From: Dehalococcoidia bacterium
Lineage (GTDB): Bacteria; Chloroflexota; Dehalococcoidia; Bin125
Direction of reading: 5' to 3'
Assembly (NCBI GenBank): GCA_963663895.2
Contig: CAXXRD010000002.1
Span: 416,001 to 480,000 of the forward strand
DNA length: 64,000 nt
Positions 12,613 to 20,323 of this stretch are shown here, one piece after another (within the stretch, counting starts at the first letter, position 1; every line of letters starts with the position of its first letter). The position numbers and the translations under genes are program-made. A model generated the notes under the pieces. It did not search any database, was not told the origin of the DNA, and was given only the letters and a program-made list of their open reading frames with translations.

Positions 12613-13287
12613 ATGCCCCCCGCGCCCGCACGCAAGTACACGGCCCTGGACGACCGGCTCTACGACTACCTGCTTTCCGTGTCGCTGCGGGAGTCGGCGG
12701 TGGCGAGGCGGCTGCGGGAGGAGACCGCGGCGATGGAGCACGCGGTGATGCAGATCGCGCCCGACCAGGGGCAGTTCATGGCCCTGCTGGCACGGCTGCT
12801 GGGCGCGCGGCGCGCCCTTGAGATCGGGACGTTCACGGGGTACAGCGCCCTCTGCGTGGCGGAGGCGTTGCCGCCAAGCGGCCGGCTGGTGGCCTGCGAC
12901 CGGAGCGCGAAATGGACGGCGATCGCGAAGCGCTATTGGGCGGAGGCGGGAGTAGCGGAGAAGATCACGCTGCGGTTGGGGAAGGCGATCGAGACGCTGG
13001 ACGCCCTGCTCGCGGAGGGCGAGGCGGGACGGTTCGACTTCGCCTTCATCGACGCGGACAAGCCCAACTACGACGGCTACTACGAGCGCTGCCTGGCCCT
13101 CGTGCGACCGGGGGGACTGGTGGCGATCGACAACGTGCTGTGGGAGGGGAAGGTCAAGGATGCGGAGACGGCGGACGCCGACACGCAGGCGATTCGTGCG
13201 CTGAACGCGAAGCTGGCGGCGGACGCGCGGGTGGAGATGAGCATGCTGTCGATCGCCGACGGACTGACGCTCGCGCTGAAGCGGTGA
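12613..13287 (+). CDS. Class I SAM-dependent O-methyltransferase (caffeoyl-CoA OMT-like)
   Basis: LEIGTFTGYS, FDFAFIDADK, DNVLWEG. Confidence 0.92.
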   Translation: MPPAPARKYTALDDRLYDYLLSVSLRESAVARRLREETAAMEHAVMQIAPDQGQFMALLARLLGARRALEIGTFTGYSALCVAEALPPSGRLVACDRSAKWTAIAKRYWAEAGVAEKITLRLGKAIETLDALLAEGEAGRFDFAFIDADKPNYDGYYERCLALVRPGGLVAIDNVLWEGKVKDAETADADTQAIRALNAKLAADARVEMSMLSIADGLTLALKR

Positions 13288-13358
13288 GGGCGCGGTAGGC
13301 TGATAGGCGCGGGTCCAAAGCGGATGGCAGAGCGAAAGGAATAGCGGAGGGCGTAGCG

Positions 13359-14150
13359 ATGGGCGTGCCGAGGAACGCGACGGAGGCGGCGGCGCTGCTG
13401 GGCGTGCCAGTCGACGCGGCGGAAGGGGTGGTGGAGGAGCGATTCCGGCGGCTGGCGCAGGTGTTCCACCCGGACCTGAATCCCGGCGTCGCCTCCTGCG
13501 GGGAGCGGATGCAGGAGCTGAACGCGGCGCGGGAGCTGCTGGCGGGCGGACGGCGGCCGGCGGAGACAGTAGTCGCACGGCCCGAGCGGCGGGAGGGACC
13601 GAGAGGGCAGGCGCCGGCGCGGCAGCGGTCGAAGAAGGACGAGGAGCGGCTGCGGCGGGTGATGCACGAGATGCCGTACGGGATCTACATCGTGGGCTCA
13701 CGCCGCGAGGAGGAGCCCAACGGGATGATCGCGGACTGGGTGATGCAGGTCTCGTTCCGGCCGCGGCTGCTGGCGGTGTCGTTCGAGAACGACGCCTACA
13801 GCCTGGAGAACGTGCGGCGGCACAACGTGTTCACGGTGAACCTGCTGCCGCAAGGGGCGATGGAGCTGGGAGCGCTGTTCCTGCAGCCGCGGGACGGGGC
13901 GAAGATCGCGGGCCGGAGCGCGGCGGCGGCGGCCACGGTGCACGAGAAGCTGGCGGGCGCGGCCTACCGGCTGACCGAGCGGGGCTGCCCGGTGCTGGAG
14001 GAAGCGCTGACGTGGGCGGAGTGCGCGGCCGAGCGGTTTGTGTCGGCGGGGGATCACACCCTGGTGATCGGGGAGGTGCTGGACGGCGAGGTGCTGCAGG
14101 CAACCGGGGCGCTGACGTCGGTCGAGACGGGGTGGGTGTACGGGGGCTAG
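13359..14150 (+). CDS. J-domain (HPD) - flavin reductase fusion protein
   Basis: N-terminal LLGV..FRRLAQVFHPDLNPG..MQELNAARELL; C-terminal MPYGIYIV..WVMQVSFRP..FTVNLL..GCPVL..GDHTLVIGEV..YGG; single uninterrupted frame. Confidence 0.82.
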   Translation: MGVPRNATEAAALLGVPVDAAEGVVEERFRRLAQVFHPDLNPGVASCGERMQELNAARELLAGGRRPAETVVARPERREGPRGQAPARQRSKKDEERLRRVMHEMPYGIYIVGSRREEEPNGMIADWVMQVSFRPRLLAVSFENDAYSLENVRRHNVFTVNLLPQGAMELGALFLQPRDGAKIAGRSAAAAATVHEKLAGAAYRLTERGCPVLEEALTWAECAAERFVSAGDHTLVIGEVLDGEVLQATGALTSVETGWVYGG

Positions 14151-14207
14151 GAACGCGGTAGCAATCAGGCCGTCGCGGGCCGCGCAGACTTCCACGATGG
14201 CAGAAAG

Positions 14208-14537
14208 TCAGTCGCTGGCCCACTCCGCGTAGACCCGCTTCAACTCCCACGCCCAATACAGCGTCCTATCATCGCCCTCGCGATGGTGCCCCAACCGCGT
14301 TGCTAGCTTGAAGAAGCCCGCGCCGGACATGCCGTCCTCCTTGCGAACCACGACCGCCGTCAGCAGCGGCCGGTCAGCCGCGTGCTCGGCCGTGCTGATG
14401 TCGTCCAGGATCTGAAACAGGGCTCGGGAGCGCACGTGCAGACCGGCGATGCGCGCCACGTCGGAGTACGAGAGCGTCCCCTTGTGCTCGGCGACCTCAA
14501 TGAGTTTCTTGCGGACGGTATGTGCTTGTGTGTCCAT
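14208..14537 (-). CDS. Small winged-helix-like hypothetical protein
   Basis: LIEVA..TLSYSDVA..LFQILDDIS..RPLLTAVVV..GAGFF..ELKRVY; 13 bp downstream of the nuclease gene. Confidence 0.65.
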   Translation of the reverse strand: MDTQAHTVRKKLIEVAEHKGTLSYSDVARIAGLHVRSRALFQILDDISTAEHAADRPLLTAVVVRKEDGMSGAGFFKLATRLGHHREGDDRTLYWAWELKRVYAEWASD

Positions 14538-14550
14538 TGCATTGGCCTAG

Positions 14551-15597
14551 CTACGTGGACCGATCGGGGGTTTCGGCGTAGGCATCGACGACGGCTTCGG
14601 TTACATACTGTCCGAGGCCGGGAAGTGCCCCGACGATATCGAGCTGGTCGTAGCAGAGGTAGGTACAGGACTTGGCCAGGAGCCCGAAGGCGGGCCGGGC
14701 CAACTCTTTAAAGACCTTATCTCGGCGCTCAGCTGGGGCCACGATGTGCGATTTGATCGTCATGTTCGGCTGGAGCGTTCGCAGGTCCAGCATGCGAAGC
14801 AGCCCCGAGTAGACGGCGGTTGTGTGCTCCACTTCGAACGCCCGCACGATGGAGTTCCCTTGCAGCCAAAGGACATCGATATTCTCGACCGTGTGGATGG
14901 TCTTCGCATCGTAGTTCAGCGGCAGTCGTTCGCGATCGAGAAACTGCGTATCCTCACCCGCCAGCAAAGGGCGGACGTGTTCCCGGTCTGCCTTGGCGAC
15001 CCACACATCCAGCCCTAGCTTGACACCCAGTCGAGCGAGCTTTGCTTGCACGTCGTGGGATGTGCGCGCCGCCGGCAGGGGATCTACAGCGACCGGGGGC
15101 TTTTGATTCACGAGGGCCCGCACGCGTGCCGCTGCATCGGTGAGCTGGGGGGTATAGAGAGCCTGCCACCCATTCAATGAGGCGAGTAACTCACTGTCCA
15201 CCGCGGTGCGTGGAATATCTTGCGCGACCCAGCGCACGGCCCGCGTGTGCGGCAAGGGATCAGGGCTGTCGACTCCAGAAAAAGCATAGTCCCCGGTCAC
15301 CTCTGCGACGCACAGCACCGGGCGGCGGACGAGCGGCACGATCACCCAATCGCCCCGTGTGAGCTCTTTCACAAAGCGCCAGAGCGCGCCTGCGGCCAGT
15401 CGTGTGGCCATTGCCTTTGGTGGGTGGCGGAGTTGGCTGTGGTAGTCAAAGAGCCGATCCCTCAGGGATTCGTAAGAATCGAAGGTACTGAGATCTTCGC
15501 GGAACCCATAGCTGATGCCGATCAAGTTCTGATCGAGGAAGAGCGCCGCATACTCCCCGCCTTTTCCGGAGCGGTTCACCCACAGCGTCACGGGCAC
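14551..15597 (-). CDS. Putative restriction endonuclease (Mrr-N/PUA-like N-domain + PD-(D/E)XK-like C-domain)
   Basis: N-terminal WVNRSG..RFVKELTRGDWVIVP..EVTGDYAF..HTRAVRW; C-terminal IDVLW..AFEVEHTTAVYSGLLRMLDL; more AT-rich codons than flanks. Confidence 0.7.
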   Translation of the reverse strand: MPVTLWVNRSGKGGEYAALFLDQNLIGISYGFREDLSTFDSYESLRDRLFDYHSQLRHPPKAMATRLAAGALWRFVKELTRGDWVIVPLVRRPVLCVAEVTGDYAFSGVDSPDPLPHTRAVRWVAQDIPRTAVDSELLASLNGWQALYTPQLTDAAARVRALVNQKPPVAVDPLPAARTSHDVQAKLARLGVKLGLDVWVAKADREHVRPLLAGEDTQFLDRERLPLNYDAKTIHTVENIDVLWLQGNSIVRAFEVEHTTAVYSGLLRMLDLRTLQPNMTIKSHIVAPAERRDKVFKELARPAFGLLAKSCTYLCYDQLDIVGALPGLGQYVTEAVVDAYAETPDRST

Positions 15598-15669
15598 TGA
15601 CTTTCCATAGTGCAGGAAGATAACACGCGCCGGCCTCGTGCCAACGGCGGGGCATCGCCTAGGAGGCCA

Positions 15670-15854
15670 TGTACCCGTGCTTGCGATTCAACTCCCGCAG
15701 CCCGCCCGCGGCCGCTTCTACGGCAGCGTCGCCATCGATCACGATGACGTCAAGGAGCCGCACAGCCAGATCACCGTGATCATCCTGCCCGGCAGCGGCT
15801 ACCATGAGCGAATCGAACGGCTCGGTCACCGTCACCGTCCACGACGACGACTGA
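15670..15854 (+). pseudogene. C-terminal remnant of a Calx-beta-like adhesin domain
   Basis: SVAIDHDDVKEPHSQITVIILPGSGYH, then after a frameshift SESNGSVTVTVHDDD*; no upstream body. Confidence 0.55.
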
Positions 15855-15908
15855 GTCCGGCAGGTCCGCGCGCAAAGCCGACGTTTGAAGATGGAACAGG
15901 AAGAGCCA

Positions 15909-16466
15909 ATGGGATTGCGCCAACTCCGCGCCGTCGCAGCTCCCGGAGCGCTATGGATTGGTGCGCTCGCCCTCCTCGCGGCGGCGGCGTGCAGCGACGA
16001 CGGCGCACCGGGGGCGGTCGGCGCGACGGCCCGCGCGGCGCTCGCCGCGCCCAACGGCGACGGGATGGGTGCGGTGACCCTGACGCAGACGCCGACCGGT
16101 GTCCTCATCACTGCCGAGGTGCGCGGCCTCTCTCCCGGGGCGCACGGCTTCCACATCCACGGCACCGGCGCCTGCGCGCCCGACTTCACCGCGGCGGGCA
16201 GCCATTTCGCTCCCGGCGGGGAACCCCACGGTTTCCTGCACGAGGACGGCCCGCACGCGGGCGACCTCCCTAACATCCACGTCGGTGAGGACGGCACCGG
16301 GCGCGCGGACTACTTCACCGCCGCCGTCACCCTCGCTGCCGGCGCGGACCACTCGCTGTTCGATGCGGACGGGTCGGCCTTCATCGTGCACGCCGATCCC
16401 GACGATTACCTGGACGTGGCGTCGGCGGGCGCCCGCATCGCCTGCGGCGTGATCGAGCGCGGCTAG
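15909..16466 (+). CDS. sodC: Cu/Zn superoxide dismutase, probable lipoprotein
   Basis: LALLAAAA-C lipobox-like; HGFHIH, C..AGSHF, HAGDLPNI, FIVH, GARIACGVI. Confidence 0.92.
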   Translation: MGLRQLRAVAAPGALWIGALALLAAAACSDDGAPGAVGATARAALAAPNGDGMGAVTLTQTPTGVLITAEVRGLSPGAHGFHIHGTGACAPDFTAAGSHFAPGGEPHGFLHEDGPHAGDLPNIHVGEDGTGRADYFTAAVTLAAGADHSLFDADGSAFIVHADPDDYLDVASAGARIACGVIERG

Positions 16467-16566
16467 GGGGCCCGCATCCGCGCGCGCCCGGCCTGCGCTG
16501 GACCGCCTCTCGGCTCGAACAGCCCGAACTCTTCCCGTGCGGCTTCCGCGCTAGACCTTCGCCCTA

Positions 16567-17781
16567 TCAGGCGGGCACTGGGAGGCCGAAGAGGCGGGCG
16601 GCGTTGCCGCCGAGGATCTTGGCGCGCTCCTCGTCGTTGAGGGCGCCCATGGTGCGCTCGATCGATTGGGCCGAGTGGGGCCAGAGCCCCTCTTGGTGGG
16701 GGTAGTCGTTGGCCCAGATCAGGTTGTCGATCAGGCCGTACTTGCGGGCGAGGTCGATGCCGGGCTCGTCCTCCTGGAAGGAGGCGAAGCCGTTGCGGCG
16801 GAAGTACTCGCTGGGGAGCGCCTGGAGCTTGGGGTAGGCCCACATGTGATGCATGCGGTAGGCCTCGTCCATGGTCTTGAGGAGCCAGGGGAGCCAGCCG
16901 ATGCCGGCCTCGATGGTGGCGAAGCGGATGCCGGGGAAGCGCTCGATCACGCCCGAGGCGCAGAGCTGGACCAGGGGCTCGGTGGTGGGGATGAAGGAGT
17001 GGACGACCATGTTGATGATGGCGCCGCCGTAGCCGTGGGAGGCGCGGGGGTCGCGGCCGGTGGAGACGTGGAAGGTGATGGGCAGGCCGGTCTCTTCGAT
17101 GACGGCCCAGAGGCGGTCGAAGGCGGGGTCGTTGTAGTTGAGCTCGTCGGGGTCGTGGCCGCCCCAGATCGGCTTGGAGGGGAGGGTGAGGCCGCGGAAG
17201 CCGAGCTGGGCGACGCGCTGGATCTCGGCGATGGAGCCGTCGAGATCGCCGGTGGCGATGGCGGCCATGGGAGCCATGCGGTCGTTGTGATCGGCGAAGA
17301 TCTCCCAGACCCATTCGTTGTAGACGCGGCACTGGGCCATGGCGAAGACGGGATCCGGGGTGGCCCACATGGCGAGGCCCTTGTTGGGATAGATGGTTTC
17401 GGCGTCGATGCCGTCGCGGGCGTGGTCATCAAGGCGCTGCCGGATGTCCCAGGCCAGCTCCTGCTCCGAGGCGAAGCCGCCCGTGCCGCGGAGGCCGCGC
17501 TCCAGATCCTCGCCCTCCAGCTTGAGGTCGCGGATCTTGGTAGGGCGGTAGCCCTCGGCGACCTGCCACTTGACGCCGCCGTCATCGACCTCGACGCGGG
17601 GCAGGCGGTGACGGTACTTCTTGTCGATGCGCTTGACCCAGAGGTCGGCGGGCTCGCTGACGTGGCTGTCGACGGTGATCATGAAGTACTTGTCGGGATC
17701 GCCGGGGCGGGGGGTCCGTTGCCAGCCGGCGTGGCCGGGGGTTTCAAGTCGCCAGGCTTGCGGGTCGGCGGTCGTGACCAT
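16567..17781 (-). CDS. Amidohydrolase_2 family protein
   Basis: VDSHVSEP, GIDAETIYPN, ITFHV, IEAGIGW, WANDYPHQEG. Confidence 0.9.
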   Translation of the reverse strand: MVTTADPQAWRLETPGHAGWQRTPRPGDPDKYFMITVDSHVSEPADLWVKRIDKKYRHRLPRVEVDDGGVKWQVAEGYRPTKIRDLKLEGEDLERGLRGTGGFASEQELAWDIRQRLDDHARDGIDAETIYPNKGLAMWATPDPVFAMAQCRVYNEWVWEIFADHNDRMAPMAAIATGDLDGSIAEIQRVAQLGFRGLTLPSKPIWGGHDPDELNYNDPAFDRLWAVIEETGLPITFHVSTGRDPRASHGYGGAIINMVVHSFIPTTEPLVQLCASGVIERFPGIRFATIEAGIGWLPWLLKTMDEAYRMHHMWAYPKLQALPSEYFRRNGFASFQEDEPGIDLARKYGLIDNLIWANDYPHQEGLWPHSAQSIERTMGALNDEERAKILGGNAARLFGLPVPA

Positions 17782-17830
17782 TGGACGCCTTCTTCCTTGC
17801 GCTGTCTTTCTCGCGCGCGATCGGCGGGCG

Positions 17831-18229
17831 CTAGCGCGCCCCCTCCTTCCGCCCCGGGCCCGCGCCGGGCTCGGGGAGATGGCTGTGGGGTTGCTTGCTG
17901 TCGAAGGTGAGGCGGGCCGTGTGCAGCTCGCCGAGGGCGGCGCCATCGGCGTTGAGAGCGATATCGACGTACTCGGCCTCAAGGGCTTCGGAGGGCCAGC
18001 AGCGGATGCGGGCGCCGGCGGCCACGGCCGGCACCGGGTGGGAGGTGGTCTCGCCGCCGCGGCCGCTGTAGAACCAGTCGCCCTCGGAGTCGCCGTCGAC
18101 GAGAAGCCAGCTGCCGAACCAGAGGAGGGGATCGCCGTGCTCGTTGGCGCGTCTCTCCCAATGGACGGTGAGCTGGTCGATCGGCAAGGGCGCTCCCTGC
18201 GCAGCCGGGGCGGAGCGGGCGCTGCTCAT
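17831..18229 (-). CDS. Hypothetical Trp-rich protein
   Basis: Host-like codon usage, GAGG RBS-like upstream; co-oriented with the amidohydrolase. Confidence 0.6.
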   Translation of the reverse strand: MSSARSAPAAQGAPLPIDQLTVHWERRANEHGDPLLWFGSWLLVDGDSEGDWFYSGRGGETTSHPVPAVAAGARIRCWPSEALEAEYVDIALNADGAALGELHTARLTFDSKQPHSHLPEPGAGPGRKEGAR

Positions 18230-18433
18230 GGCGCACCTCAGCCGGCCGAGGGATACAACGCGGCGCGGCCGGCAGGGGCATGGTAGCCGACCGGGCAAGG
18301 CCCCGTTCAGGGGAGCGGGCGGACGGTCCGTTGACGCTTCTGCAAAGGGATTGCCGCTGCTATCGCGGTTGTGATCGCGCTCTCAGTGAGGGAGCAGGGC
18401 AAAGCCCAAAAGCCAGCGTGATAAAATCGCTGC

Positions 18434-18616
18434 ATGGACGAAGCGACTGTCGAAATCGACGAAAAGCCCAGGCGCGGACGCCCGCCTAACCCGATGCCCG
18501 ATCTCATTCCCGACACGCCGGAGAATATCGCTCGTGCGATTCTGGCTGGGCCGCCGAAAAAGGAGTGGGACTACTTGCGGAAAGCCAAAAGGGATTGCGC
18601 CGACTCCGCCCCTTAA
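18434..18616 (+). CDS. Small protein of a type I recall next to IS1595 transposases
   Basis: RGRPP..PDLIPDTPENIARAILAGPPKKEWDYL; TAAAAT 6 nt before ATG. Confidence 0.6.
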   Translation: MDEATVEIDEKPRRGRPPNPMPDLIPDTPENIARAILAGPPKKEWDYLRKAKRDCADSAP

Positions 18617-19134
18617 TCGTTCCATCAGCATTGCTGCTTGCCGGTATCGCTCTTGCCGTGGCGGTCATTGGGTATCTCGACACCCGCTCGTCAGTGGACG
18701 AGTTGGACAATCGCGCCACTGATCTCAGGGTGCAGCTGGAAGCGCTGGTGGCGGCGGAATCACCGGATTCCGGTGCGCTACGAGATGACAGCGCGATCGA
18801 AGCTGTGGCTAGCCTGCAAGGCCAGATCGACGATCTGGACCGCCAAGTGTCAGGCTTGCAAGCAACTATGCAGCGCCCAGAGCCCGTCGCCAGCGATTGG
18901 ATCGTGATCGAAAAACAGCAGTCAGACATCACCGACGAAAGAGGTGTGACCAAGCAGACCCTCACGCTGCGATACAGCACCCCACATGGTGGAACAGCGA
19001 GTTGGGAGGGCGAAGTCTTTTGGACGGAAACACCTGACGGATCTGGTGCACAAGAGATGCATAACGAGCATTTTTTGGACTGCTGGTCCAATGCCCGTGT
19101 TGGGGAATCTCTTCCATCTTGTGCGCGCCGGTAG
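18565..19134 (+). CDS. Hypothetical membrane-anchored coiled-coil protein
   Basis: Hydrophobic N-terminal helix, heptad-like LQGQIDDLDRQVSGL, C-terminal Cys pair; start uncertain. Confidence 0.6.
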   Translation: MGLLAESQKGLRRLRPLIVPSALLLAGIALAVAVIGYLDTRSSVDELDNRATDLRVQLEALVAAESPDSGALRDDSAIEAVASLQGQIDDLDRQVSGLQATMQRPEPVASDWIVIEKQQSDITDERGVTKQTLTLRYSTPHGGTASWEGEVFWTETPDGSGAQEMHNEHFLDCWSNARVGESLPSCARR

Positions 19135-19353
19135 CGGCGATCGTCAGCGCCTTTCCACCTGGGTAAACACGTCTATAATCCCCTTCCACAAGGCCGCTGG
19201 TAGCGTCGGTCGGCACCGAGCCTTACGGACAGCATGCATCGCCGGGCATTGGCGATGCCGAAGCGTTCGGACGGCTGAGGCGGTTTGGGCGCATATGGTG
19301 AATCCGTTCGAGCGGAACCAGGCATGGAGCGGGCGGTCCCGGGCGACGCCGGC

Positions 19354-20292
19354 ATGAGCGAGGCGCGGCCGGCGATGGTGGCGTACGTGGCGCTGGCGGT
19401 GGAGGACGCGGAACGAGCGGCGGCGCTGGCGGGTCCGTTGGGACTGCGAAGCACACCGCTGGAGGCAGGCGCGGACGGGCCGGTGACGGCCTTCGCGGTG
19501 GGCGAGGCAGCGGTGGCGCTGTTTCCCCTGGGGCATGCGCTGCTGGGAGAAGGCGGGTCCAAGGCCGGGGTGCACCACATAGCGCTGGCCAGCGCCGACC
19601 CCGAGGCCGCCGTCGCCGCGGCCGGCCTGCCACGGGCCGGCGGGCCAGCCCCCGGACTGGCGGGGCGGCGCGCGATCGCGATCGAGCCGAGCGCGACGGC
19701 GGGAGTGCGGCTGCGCTATAGCGAGCCGCTCGAACTGGAGCCGAGCGCGGCGCCCCTGGTGGAGCGGATCGACCATCTGGGCGTGGCGTCGGCGGACAAC
19801 GCCGCAGCGGTGGCGCTGTTCCACGAGCGTCTAGGGTTTCCCTTAGAGAGCCGGCAGACCGACCGCGAGGTACACGTGCCGATCGAGAGCTTCACGTCGG
19901 ACAAGTACGGCGTCGTCTACCACAGCCGGACGCCGCTGCAACGGGGGGCGCTGGAGGTCGCCTTCGTGACGGTGGGCGACTTCGATCTGGAGTTCCTGTG
20001 CGACGCCGACGCGATCGCCGCGGCGGGAAGGCGCAGCGGCAGTGAAGCGGGAAGCACGCAGCAGGATCGGGGGGCGATCAGCCGCTTCGTCGAGCGGCGC
20101 GGACCGGGGCTGCACCACCTGGCCCTCAAAACGCCGGCGATGGATGCCGCGCTGTCAGCGCTGCGCGAAGCCGGGGTGCCGCTGATCGACGAGACGGGGC
20201 GGCCGGGGTCGCGGCGGGCGCAGATCGCCTTCTTGGAGCGAGAGGCGCTGGGAGGCGTGGTAATGCATTTAGTGGAGCGGGAGCCGCTCTAG
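19354..20292 (+). CDS. Two-domain VOC family protein (methylmalonyl-CoA epimerase-like)
   Basis: GVHHIALA, IDHLGVA, ISRFVERRGPGLHHLAL, GRPGSRRAQIAFL. Confidence 0.85.
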   Translation: MSEARPAMVAYVALAVEDAERAAALAGPLGLRSTPLEAGADGPVTAFAVGEAAVALFPLGHALLGEGGSKAGVHHIALASADPEAAVAAAGLPRAGGPAPGLAGRRAIAIEPSATAGVRLRYSEPLELEPSAAPLVERIDHLGVASADNAAAVALFHERLGFPLESRQTDREVHVPIESFTSDKYGVVYHSRTPLQRGALEVAFVTVGDFDLEFLCDADAIAAAGRRSGSEAGSTQQDRGAISRFVERRGPGLHHLALKTPAMDAALSALREAGVPLIDETGRPGSRRAQIAFLEREALGGVVMHLVEREPL

Positions 20293-20323
20293 CGGTGGCG
20301 GCGGGCGCGACGGCGGTGAAGCG

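Larger units (their letters stand above)
14189..15619. repeat. Imperfect 24-bp inverted repeat pair (14189-14212 / 15596-15619) bracketing the two-gene cassette
   Basis: CTTCCACGATGGCAGAAAGTCAGT vs reverse complement CTTCCTGCACTATGGAAAGTCAGT: 16/24 identical, including a perfect 10-mer. Confidence 0.5.
18346..19183 (+). mobile_element. Non-autonomous IS1595-family derivative carrying passenger genes
   Basis: Right end TATAATCCCC (19174-83) matches the end at 28269-82; left end AGGGATTG; flanks TTCTGCAA/TTCCACAA (6/8, TSD-like); lower GC. Confidence 0.55.
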
